Source of the DNA: Pseudosphingobacterium sp.
Lineage (GTDB): Bacteria > Bacteroidota > Bacteroidia > Sphingobacteriales > Sphingobacteriaceae
DNA length: 64,000 nucleotides
Assembly (NCBI GenBank): GCA_035565175.1
Contig: DATMSZ010000085.1
Span: forward strand, 2,325-66,324
Direction: 5' to 3'
Shown: piece after piece, positions 42,680 through 51,208 of the stretch
Numbering within the stretch: the stretch's first letter is position 1
Layout of the letters: every line of letters begins with the position of its first letter
Made by a program: the position numbers and the translations under genes
The notes under the pieces: model-generated
The model's input: the letters and a program-made list of their open reading frames with translations, nothing else
What the model was told of the DNA's origin: nothing
The model's database searches: none

Positions 42680-45247
42680 ATGAATCAACAAAATCAACTT
42701 CTTATTCTTTTGTTAACGTTCATCTCACAACTCGTATATGCGCAGCAAAGCATCACGGGAACGGTTAAAGACGGTAATGATGTGGCTATTCTTGGTGCTA
42801 CAATTGTAATTAAGGGCACCGCAATCAAAGCTGTGAGCGATGCCGACGGAGCATTCACATTGCCGACTGAAGGTCAGCGGCCCTATACACTTTCAGTTAG
42901 TTCAGTAGGCTATCGAACAAGGGAGGTTCAGGTACCGCCAAATCGTACTTCGCCTATCGAGGTGGTATTGTTTGCTGATGACTTTCAGCTTTCAGAAGTT
43001 TCGGTAACCGCCAGAAGACGTACAGAACGGGTACAGAATGTTCCTATTTCGATTTCGGTGGTTGGAGGGGCACGCGTTGAAAATGCTGGCGCTTTTAATG
43101 TTAACCGCCTTAAAGAGCTAGTGCCATCGGTACAGCTTTATTCTTCCAACCCTCGTAATACAACCTTGAATATCCGAGGACTTGGTTCGACCTTCGGTTT
43201 AACGAATGATGGCATTGACCCTGGTGTTGGTTTTTATGTTGACGGCGTTTACTTTGCCCGCCCGGCAGCAACTACACTCGATTTTATTGATGTAGAACGG
43301 ATCGAAGTGTTGAGAGGACCTCAAGGAACGTTATTTGGTAAAAACACAACGGCAGGGGCTTTTAATATTACAACGCGTAAACCAAGTTTTACACCAGAAG
43401 TCAATTTTGAAGCAAGTTATGGAAATTATGGGTACATTCAGGCAAAGACCTCTATAACTGGACCGCTTGGGAAAAAACTGGCCGGTCGTATCTCGTTTTC
43501 AGGTACGCAGCGAGATGGTTTGCTTTATAATGTTGCTACTGAAAAGCGTGTAAATGATCTGAATAACTTAGGTGTTCGTGGGCAATTATTGTATGCACCT
43601 TCTGATAATGTGAGTATCATTCTGGCAGGCGACGCGTCTAGACAACGGCCAGATGGTTATGCGCAGGTAGTTGCCGGTGTGGCACCGACGCAACGGGCGG
43701 CGTACAGACAGTTCGAGCAGATCATTGCAGATCTTGGTTATGATCTCCCGAGTCGAAATCCTTTTGATAGAAAGATTGATCATGATACACCGTGGCGATC
43801 AGGAAATGATTTAGGAGGTGTTTCCCTGAATGCCGATATTAAACTTGGATCAGGAACACTTACATCCACAACTGCCTGGCGTTATTGGAATTGGGATCCT
43901 TCTAATGACCGTGATTTTACAGGTCTTCCTGTTCTGTCCCTTTCACAGGCGACATCTAAACATCAGCAATGGTCGCAGGAAGTTCGTTATGCGGGTGAGT
44001 TTTCTTCCCGTTTAAGTGGAGTTTTTGGTGTTTATGCGATCGGACAACGACTAAAGACAGATCCCTATCACATAGAGGAGTCCGGAGCGGCGCAATGGCG
44101 CTTTTCGCAAAATTCCACTAGTCCACTTTGGGCTACACCTGGCTTATTAGAGGGTTATGGTATCCGTACTTATTCGAAGCTCACTTCTTTTAGCGGTGCA
44201 GTATTTGGTCAGTTGGACTGGGCGATCTCAGATCGTCTACATGTGTTGCCCGGACTACGATTTAATTACGATGATAAGAAGGTCGATTTTAACCGCCAAA
44301 CTTATGGAGGGCTTCAAACCGATGACCCCGATCTTTTAGCAATTAAGAGAGCTGTCTATACGGATCAAGTTTTTAATGCAAATACAGATAATACCAATCT
44401 ATCAGGACAAATAACCGTAGCATACAAGGGCAGTGAGCGGGTTAATACCTATGCTACTTTCTCCACAAACTATAAACCAGTGGGACTTAATTTGGGCGGT
44501 TTGCCAACCAGCAATGGAGAGCCAATGCTAGAACTCGCCGAGATTAAGCCTGAACATGTAAAACACTATGAAGTAGGAATAAAAACAACACCTTCTGAAA
44601 ATTCTACGCTGAATTTAGCAGTGTATAACACTGATATTAAAGATTTTCAAACGCAGGTACAAACTGCTGAGGTTGGGGTTAATAGAGGTTATTTAGCGAA
44701 CGCTGAGAAAGTGAGGGTACGTGGTGCTGAGTTAGATGGTAATTTATTCATTGGCCATACTCTTTCATTGTATGGTGCACTTTCTTATACGGATGGTAAA
44801 TACATTTCCTTTAAAAATGCACCAGTACCGTTAGAGGAGACAGGTGCTGAATCAGCGTTTAAGGATATCTCAGGAGGCAAACTCCCAGGTATTTCAAAAT
44901 GGGCAGGCTCTCTAGGGGGCCAAATCGATCTTCCAAGTAAGTTCCTTACGCTGGGTGGAAACTATTTTCTCGCACTCGATTCTTACTTCCGTTCGTCTTT
45001 TTCATCAAGCCCCTCGCCGTCGAAATACTTAAATGTTGATGGATATATTTTGCTGAACGCTCGTCTTGGGTTTCAAGCAAGTCAGGGTATTTCCTTCTTC
45101 GTGTGGAGCAGGAACTTGTTAGATAAAGATTATTTTGAACAATTGTTACCGGCGGCCGGTAATGCGGGCCATTATGCTGCTGTCCTTGGCGATCAACGTA
45201 CTTTTGGTGCGACCATTCGTTATAGCTTTGGGCGTTCGTACCGATAG
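42680..45247 (+). CDS. TonB-dependent receptor (non-SusC type) with an N-terminal carboxypeptidase-regulatory-like domain
   Basis: Signal peptide, then ITGTVKDGNDVAILGATIVIKGT. Plug motifs are present (IEVLRGPQGTLFGKNTTAGAFNI). The beta-barrel ends in ...RYSFGRSYR. Confidence 0.85.
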   Translation: MNQQNQLLILLLTFISQLVYAQQSITGTVKDGNDVAILGATIVIKGTAIKAVSDADGAFTLPTEGQRPYTLSVSSVGYRTREVQVPPNRTSPIEVVLFADDFQLSEVSVTARRRTERVQNVPISISVVGGARVENAGAFNVNRLKELVPSVQLYSSNPRNTTLNIRGLGSTFGLTNDGIDPGVGFYVDGVYFARPAATTLDFIDVERIEVLRGPQGTLFGKNTTAGAFNITTRKPSFTPEVNFEASYGNYGYIQAKTSITGPLGKKLAGRISFSGTQRDGLLYNVATEKRVNDLNNLGVRGQLLYAPSDNVSIILAGDASRQRPDGYAQVVAGVAPTQRAAYRQFEQIIADLGYDLPSRNPFDRKIDHDTPWRSGNDLGGVSLNADIKLGSGTLTSTTAWRYWNWDPSNDRDFTGLPVLSLSQATSKHQQWSQEVRYAGEFSSRLSGVFGVYAIGQRLKTDPYHIEESGAAQWRFSQNSTSPLWATPGLLEGYGIRTYSKLTSFSGAVFGQLDWAISDRLHVLPGLRFNYDDKKVDFNRQTYGGLQTDDPDLLAIKRAVYTDQVFNANTDNTNLSGQITVAYKGSERVNTYATFSTNYKPVGLNLGGLPTSNGEPMLELAEIKPEHVKHYEVGIKTTPSENSTLNLAVYNTDIKDFQTQVQTAEVGVNRGYLANAEKVRVRGAELDGNLFIGHTLSLYGALSYTDGKYISFKNAPVPLEETGAESAFKDISGGKLPGISKWAGSLGGQIDLPSKFLTLGGNYFLALDSYFRSSFSSSPSPSKYLNVDGYILLNARLGFQASQGISFFVWSRNLLDKDYFEQLLPAAGNAGHYAAVLGDQRTFGATIRYSFGRSYR

Positions 45248-45265
45248 ACGACATTGTCGCAAACT

Positions 45266-45293
45266 CTTGGCTTTACGGGAAGATTGAGCCAAG
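45266..45293 (+). terminator. Hairpin plus T-rich tail after the TonB-dependent receptor
   Basis: CTTGGCT (45266-45272) pairs with AGCCAAG (45287-45293), followed by CGTTTTGCCTTTGTT. Confidence 0.4.
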
Positions 45294-45409
45294 CGTTTTG
45301 CCTTTGTTAAAAGCTTAATAATAGAGACAAACAGGCTACTAACTTCCAACCAATTACCAGCATAATCTGTGTGCTTCCTGACTACTGTTTGACCGCTGTC
45401 TGTCCTTTT

Positions 45410-45438
45410 CTCAGACGATCCTCAGACAAAGCTCAGAT
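45410..45438 (+). promoter_or_regulatory. Three CTCAGA(C/T) direct repeats at exact 11-bp phasing
   Basis: CTCAGAC at 45410, CTCAGAC at 45421 and CTCAGAT at 45432, about 150-175 bp upstream of the sulfatase ATG. Confidence 0.4.
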
Positions 45439-45586
45439 GGGCGTAAGATACAGGTAGAAGAAGGCTGGAAGCAAAGGTGAAGAAAGGGGAATGTTGTTTA
45501 GAGAAGATAAAGAAGAGCGAAGCGATACCTTATATTTACTGGTTAAGTAAATTAACCATATAGATTTAATATGTAAATAAAATGAC

Positions 45587-46993
45587 ATGGAGAATTTAAA
45601 TAAATCCAAACGATATGCTGCAACGAGTCTTTTAATCCTGTTATTGCCGCTGCTAAGTTTAGCGCAGGAAGACACACGACCGAATATTTTATTTATTGCT
45701 GCAGACGATTTGAATAATCATGAAGGGACTTATGGTCAACATTATGTGCAAACACCTCATTTTGACCGCCTGGCTAAAAGTGGCGTGCAGTTTAATAAGG
45801 CTTATAATCAGTTTCCTTTATGTAGCCCTAGTAGAAGTTCTTTGATGACAGGACGTACACCAGATGTTACACGAGTCTATGACCTACAAACGCATTTCCG
45901 GGAAATATTGCCAGGTGTGGTTACGCTACCACAGCTCTTTAAGCAACAGGGGTATTTTACTGCGCGTGTGGGGAAGATCTATCACTACGGCGTGCCTTCA
46001 CAGATAGGTACAAATGGTTTGGATGACTCGATTTCCTGGCAATTGCGCATAAATCCCAAAGGACGAGATAAAACAGAAGAATCGCTGGTGAAAAATTTAA
46101 CACCTGATAGGCATTTGGGGTCTGCTTTGGCTTATCTGAATGCGGCCGGTACGGATGAAGAGCAAACTGATGGATTGATTGCCACCGAAGCGATTAAGCT
46201 TTTAGAACAGCGTAAAAATGAACAGGAACCATTTTTTCTTGCCGTAGGTTTTTTTAGACCACATACGCCCTACATAGCTCCTAAGAAGTACTTTGATCTA
46301 TATCCACAGGAGACCGTGCCACTTCCTAAGCAGCTTCCAAATGATTTAGATGACATCCCGGAAGATGCACTCTTTACAAAGCCTGCACATTGGGGTTTAG
46401 ACGAACAGCAGCAAAAAGAAGCATTACGTGCTTATTACGCTTCTATTTCTTTTATGGATGCGCAATTGGGTAGAGTACTAGACGCTTTGGACAGGTTGGG
46501 TCTGGCAGAAAATACGATTGTGGTCTTTTGGAGTGATCATGGCTACAACGTTGGGCAACACGGCCAGTGGATGAAACAAAGTCTGTTTGAAACATCCGCG
46601 CGGGTACCATTGATTTTTCGGGTACCAAAGATAGGGGGAGGAAAAAAATCGAATAGGACAGTGGAGCTATTGGATATTTACCCGACTTTGGCTGAATTGG
46701 CAAATTTGCCGGCTCCGGCCGACTTGGATGGAAAGAGTTTGGTGCCCTTGTTGAAAGATCCTGTCGCCATCTGGGAGAAAGCAGCCTATACCCAGGTAAA
46801 AAGGCCGAATGGGGTAGTGGGAAGAAGCGTGCGCACCGAACGTTGGCGTTATACGGAATGGAATGAAGGAAAGGCAGGTGCCGAGCTTTATGATCATGAT
46901 AAAGACCCGGATGAATTTACTAATCTTGCTGCCGACGCCCATTATCAGGCGGTAAGAACTACCTTAAAAGGAGAACTGAAGAAAAGATTCTGA
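45587..46993 (+). CDS. Formylglycine-dependent (S1) sulfatase, iduronate-2-sulfatase-like
   Basis: Signal peptide. Sulfatase signature (PLCSPSRSSLMTGR). N-terminal IAADDL metal-binding motif. Confidence 0.85.
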   Translation: MENLNKSKRYAATSLLILLLPLLSLAQEDTRPNILFIAADDLNNHEGTYGQHYVQTPHFDRLAKSGVQFNKAYNQFPLCSPSRSSLMTGRTPDVTRVYDLQTHFREILPGVVTLPQLFKQQGYFTARVGKIYHYGVPSQIGTNGLDDSISWQLRINPKGRDKTEESLVKNLTPDRHLGSALAYLNAAGTDEEQTDGLIATEAIKLLEQRKNEQEPFFLAVGFFRPHTPYIAPKKYFDLYPQETVPLPKQLPNDLDDIPEDALFTKPAHWGLDEQQQKEALRAYYASISFMDAQLGRVLDALDRLGLAENTIVVFWSDHGYNVGQHGQWMKQSLFETSARVPLIFRVPKIGGGKKSNRTVELLDIYPTLAELANLPAPADLDGKSLVPLLKDPVAIWEKAAYTQVKRPNGVVGRSVRTERWRYTEWNEGKAGAELYDHDKDPDEFTNLAADAHYQAVRTTLKGELKKRF

Positions 46994-47120
46994 TGCTTAA
47001 TGGAGCGATTGTAACCAAGCGGTCACGGCCCGATGGATGTGGTCATGAATAGGTAGCTATTATTCCAATTATTTATGCATATTTGAGCGGTCGCTATGCT
47101 TTCGGGCGGCCGCCACTTAT

Positions 47121-48554
47121 ATGGAACCAACAAAAACCGTTAAACTGCTTCTCGTTAGTTTTTTTTTATTTTCAACTTCCTCCTATGGGCAAGTTAAATG
47201 CGATTGTCTTGCTAACCTCGATAAAACCGTTCGAGAAGTGGAGGAAAATTATGCTGGATTTCCAGTTAAGGTAACAGAGAACAACAAGACTACCTACCAA
47301 CGTCTGAAGGCAGATCTTCGCACGCGCGCTTCGGTGTCTGATGAACCGGCTTCCTGTTATAGTGTTCTGGCTGACTACGTAAATTATTTTTATGATAAGC
47401 ACTTCAGAATTGAATACAACGCTCCGATAGACAGCTCCGTATTAAAAATAGACGCAACGCAGATCAGACGAGTCTACAGCAAATCAAAACCAGATTCAGT
47501 GACGGGCATTTGGGTAAACCCTGAAGGGACGGAAATAGCCATTATGAAGCAGAAGGATGGAAGTTTTAAGGCAATTAAGTTAACGTCTACTACAGATACT
47601 TACCCGGAGGGCTTTGTTTATTTTACGTTATGGCCAAAGAATAATGGCTATATCGTAAAACTCTATAATCGAAAAATCAATCTGGAAATTCCGGCAAAAC
47701 TAGTAGGTAATCTCTTAAAAATATGGAGTTTTCAGTTATGGGCTAAAGCAAATGATACGCCTTTAACAGAATCCGAGCTAGAAGAATTAGCAAGCTGGAA
47801 AGAAAATAACCGTGGTTTGCTATTTAAAAAATTAAATAATGATTTCAGCTATCTGAAAATTCCAACATTTGAGAATAATGAAGGGAACATCCAATCTATT
47901 GTCGCTAAAAATGATTCAATCATTAGAAATACTAAATATTTGATGATCGACTTAACGGGTAACGGGGGAGGAGGTGTAGGCTGGGTGAGTTTGATGCCCT
48001 ATTTAATGACCAATCAAATAAATCAAGAGCCCTCATTTCTGCGGGTCTCGAAAATTAATGTTGAGAAAAAGCTGCGCGACATCGAACCGTTTGCTAAACA
48101 CCCTATTCCCGATGAATACAAAAAGTATTTTCCTGAAGCAGTAGTGGCTCAATATAAAGAGGCTTATGATCAATTGCCCAAAACAACTAGTACTTTTTAT
48201 CCTACGCCCGCTGTTAATTTTCCGCTCGACACTGTTTTAAAGTTTCCTTCAAAGGTTGCCGTAATAGTGGATAATTTTGGAGGAAGTTCGACGGAGTATT
48301 TTTTCTACTTAACGAAGCAAAGCAAAAAAGTAATTACTTATGGACAGCCAACCGTAGGTATGATGGATTATGCGGGGATGTCTATCCCAACGGAGCTACC
48401 TTATCCGGCTTTTAAATTGTATGTACCTATCGAGAAATCGAGTTGGACGGACCTCCACCCAATTGATCGAACCGGATTTATCCCACAAATACCGATTAAC
48501 GAAAAAGAGGAAAAATGGATTACTTATATTATGCGAGATTTGAAAAAAAGATAG
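47121..48554 (+). CDS. Peptidase S41-like (tail-specific protease family) secreted protein
   Basis: Signal peptide. LMIDLTGNGGGGVGW and DNFGGSSTEYFF resemble the S41 catalytic-domain motifs. Confidence 0.6.
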   Translation: MEPTKTVKLLLVSFFLFSTSSYGQVKCDCLANLDKTVREVEENYAGFPVKVTENNKTTYQRLKADLRTRASVSDEPASCYSVLADYVNYFYDKHFRIEYNAPIDSSVLKIDATQIRRVYSKSKPDSVTGIWVNPEGTEIAIMKQKDGSFKAIKLTSTTDTYPEGFVYFTLWPKNNGYIVKLYNRKINLEIPAKLVGNLLKIWSFQLWAKANDTPLTESELEELASWKENNRGLLFKKLNNDFSYLKIPTFENNEGNIQSIVAKNDSIIRNTKYLMIDLTGNGGGGVGWVSLMPYLMTNQINQEPSFLRVSKINVEKKLRDIEPFAKHPIPDEYKKYFPEAVVAQYKEAYDQLPKTTSTFYPTPAVNFPLDTVLKFPSKVAVIVDNFGGSSTEYFFYLTKQSKKVITYGQPTVGMMDYAGMSIPTELPYPAFKLYVPIEKSSWTDLHPIDRTGFIPQIPINEKEEKWITYIMRDLKKR

Positions 48555-48714
48555 GCTATATTTTTAATGGATAGCTGTAAAAATTAAAATAAATTTGCGA
48601 AGGCGCAACGCTGCGTATGAAGAGTGGGAAAGAAATATCTTTTGGGCTAACGCGACCCTCAAAAAGATAGTGATGCTGACTATTTTAACAATATCATATC
48701 TAAAATATATTACC

Positions 48715-49080
48715 ATGGCAAAAACGGATTACAAGACAATAGATGAGTACCATCATGTTTTTCCCGCCGAACTGCAAAACCGGATGCAATCCATCCGAGA
48801 GGCTATTCATGAAATTGTGCCCAAAGTGGAAGAAGTTATAAGTTATCAAATACCTTGTTTTAAGTATAAAGGATATCTTGTTTATTATTCTGCCTATGCT
48901 AAACATATTTCGCTGTCCTATCCATTCAGTGAAGCACTGCTTGAAACATTTGAAAAGGAATTGAAGCAGTACAAAGTAAGTAAATCTGCCATTCAATTTC
49001 CAAATAAGGAAGCCTTGCCATTAGACCTGATTAAACGAATAGTCCAGTTCAGGAAGAAGGAAAACGAGCAGGCAAAGTAG
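48715..49080 (+). CDS. DUF1801 (YdhG-like) domain protein
   Basis: MAKTDYKTIDEYHHVFPAELQNRMQSIREAI...ISYQIPCFKYKGYLVYYSAYAKHISL. I prefer the ATG at 48715 over the track start at 48595. Confidence 0.7.
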   Translation: MAKTDYKTIDEYHHVFPAELQNRMQSIREAIHEIVPKVEEVISYQIPCFKYKGYLVYYSAYAKHISLSYPFSEALLETFEKELKQYKVSKSAIQFPNKEALPLDLIKRIVQFRKKENEQAK

Positions 49081-49238
49081 GGATTTATGCGCTCGCTCGC
49101 ACCATATTACTAAAGGGGAAGTGGTGGCCTAAATAGAAGACATGGAGCAATAGAATTTTTTCACAGGTAGGAATCAGAATAAAACTATTGCTAAATCGTT
49201 TTTTATTTCTAATTTAGCCTTGTATAAACCTAATACAA

Positions 49239-49838
49239 GTGGCATTGATTTCTCTTGAAAAGGAAGCCGATCTATTGATCATGATAGCGAATGGCAATGA
49301 AAAAGCATTCGAGCAGCTCTTTTATGCTTATTATGATCAGTTGGGTGCTTTTGTATATCAGCTTACTTCTTCCAGTACCTTAGCTGAGGAAGTGGTGCAG
49401 GAAGCGTTTATCGAAGTTTGGTTGCGGCGCGAATCTTTAAAGGAAGTTAGATCTTTCAAAGGCTTTATATTTATCCTCACGAAGCATAGAATGCTGAATG
49501 CATTAAGGAAAATTGCCAGCGAAAAACTCAGAGACTATGCTTGGCAGGAAAGCTTTGAACCCTATCAACCGGCAGAATTTACGGATGATCCTGTTGATCG
49601 CTATAAATTAATGCTTGAAGAGGCTATCCAAAAATTACCTCCGCAACAGCAAAAGGTCTTTAAGCTAAGTAAAATAGAACGCTTAAAGCAGGAAGAAATC
49701 GCGCACTTACTGAACCTCTCGCCGGAGACGGTAAAAAAACATATGAAATTGGCCTTGAAATTCCTGCGTAATTACTTCGCAGATGCACGTATCGATATGC
49801 CTTTGCTCATCGTGCTATTGAGTCGCTTTTTTCGATAA
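49239..49838 (+). CDS. ECF-type RNA polymerase sigma-70 factor (PUL-C)
   Basis: Region 2 (AEEVVQEAFIEVW) and region 4 HTH (LKQEEIAHLLNLSPETVKKHMKLALKFLR). The start is a GTG. By alignment to the two paralogues, the first in-frame ATG (49281) would truncate the conserved N-terminus. Confidence 0.8.
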   Translation: MALISLEKEADLLIMIANGNEKAFEQLFYAYYDQLGAFVYQLTSSSTLAEEVVQEAFIEVWLRRESLKEVRSFKGFIFILTKHRMLNALRKIASEKLRDYAWQESFEPYQPAEFTDDPVDRYKLMLEEAIQKLPPQQQKVFKLSKIERLKQEEIAHLLNLSPETVKKHMKLALKFLRNYFADARIDMPLLIVLLSRFFR

Positions 49839-49916
49839 TTTTTTTCATTGTATTACCCCTTTTTCTTTTTGACTGTGTCTTTACAGCAAATAAACCAATT
49901 GGCTAATTAATTATAA

Positions 49917-51095
49917 ATGGAAACCAGGTTGCACATCTTGTTCGAAAAGTATTTCAAAAAAACAGCTTCACCAGAAGAAGAGCTGGAGTTGTTTACTTTG
50001 CTACAAAAGCAGGAAGAAGAAAACTCCCTGGAAATTCTATTAGAAAAGGCCTACCTGGATTATGAACAAAAAGCGCGCTTTTTTGATACCGAGCAAACAA
50101 GCAGGATGATGAACCGGGTAAAACAAGAAACTGCCATGAAAGCTAGCGTCTGGCATTCTCCCATATGGCGGTATGCGGCCGCTATCTTACTTAGTTTGTG
50201 TGCTGGGCTTTTTGTTTATTACTATACTACAGAACCGATAAATGATGGATCGGTTGCAAAGCAAAAAACGGTGGTAGAACGAGATGTAGCACCGGGAAAT
50301 GAAACAGCTACCATTACCCTAGCTGATGGTCGTACGATCACGGTGGAAGAGATGGCAGATGGTTTATTTAACGATCAGGGAAACATCTTTTTGAAGGAAC
50401 AGAAGGGCCTATTGAATTATACTGCTAATGGAGCGGGTGCGAAAGACGGTGCATTTCATACCATGCACGTGCCGAAAGGTGGACAATATCGACTAGTACT
50501 GGCAGACGGGACAAAAGTTTGGTTGAACGCGGCTTCCTCTTTACGCTATCCAACTCGTTTCGGAGATAAAATAAGGGAGGTTAGCATTAGCGGTGAAGCT
50601 TATTTTGAAGTGGCCCATGATGCCAACAAGCCTTTCTTTGTTAAATGCGAAGGGCAACGTATTCAGGTTTTGGGTACCCATTTTAACGTACGTGCCTATC
50701 CCGATGAGCAACTGGTTAGAACTACTTTATTAGAAGGGAGCGTAGCCTTAACAAAAGAGGGTGTAACCGACCATATCACCCGCTTACAGCCAGGAGAAGA
50801 GGCTAGCCTCTTTATGGGAGGAGATATAAGGGTTAACCGCTTAAGTGATGTTACGGTCCGTATAGGTTGGACGAAAGGTTATTTTGCCTTTAATCGGGCC
50901 GATCTTGGAACAGTGCTACGCGAATTATCGAGGTGGTACGACGTGGAATTTAAAGTGAAGGCTTCCACTACAAAAACCTATACAGGTAAAATTAACCGTA
51001 AACTAACCTTATCCGAACTGATGAATGGTTTGGCTCTTTCCGGCATTCCTATTCAGATAGAGGATAAGGAACATATTATAGAATTACCAAAATGA
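49917..51095 (+). CDS. FecR-family anti-sigma factor (PUL-C)
   Basis: Single transmembrane helix (IWRYAAAILLSLCAGLFVYYY). FecR motifs are present (LADGTKVWLNAASSLRYP, GEAYFEV, VLGTHFNVRAY). Confidence 0.85.
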   Translation: METRLHILFEKYFKKTASPEEELELFTLLQKQEEENSLEILLEKAYLDYEQKARFFDTEQTSRMMNRVKQETAMKASVWHSPIWRYAAAILLSLCAGLFVYYYTTEPINDGSVAKQKTVVERDVAPGNETATITLADGRTITVEEMADGLFNDQGNIFLKEQKGLLNYTANGAGAKDGAFHTMHVPKGGQYRLVLADGTKVWLNAASSLRYPTRFGDKIREVSISGEAYFEVAHDANKPFFVKCEGQRIQVLGTHFNVRAYPDEQLVRTTLLEGSVALTKEGVTDHITRLQPGEEASLFMGGDIRVNRLSDVTVRIGWTKGYFAFNRADLGTVLRELSRWYDVEFKVKASTTKTYTGKINRKLTLSELMNGLALSGIPIQIEDKEHIIELPK

Positions 51096-51208
51096 CTTAT
51101 AAAATGATGAAGCGTATGAAAGGAAATGGAACCTAATTATGGCTCAACATAATTGATTAAGGGAGCAATTATAGATTTAAATTAAACAAACCTAACATTA
51201 AGATTTAT

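Noticed and set aside
45146-45675. Minus-strand ORFs of 67 and 80 aa in the receptor-sulfatase intergenic region
   Set aside because: One is the pyrimidine-rich complement of the polypurine tract (Ser/Leu/Pro low complexity). Neither has a plausible start context or motif.
51135-51154. AATTATG / CATAATT 7-bp hairpin in the PUL-C fecR-susC spacer
   Set aside because: It consists almost entirely of A.T pairs with low predicted stability. I mention it only as a weak analogue of the PUL-A and PUL-B hairpins.
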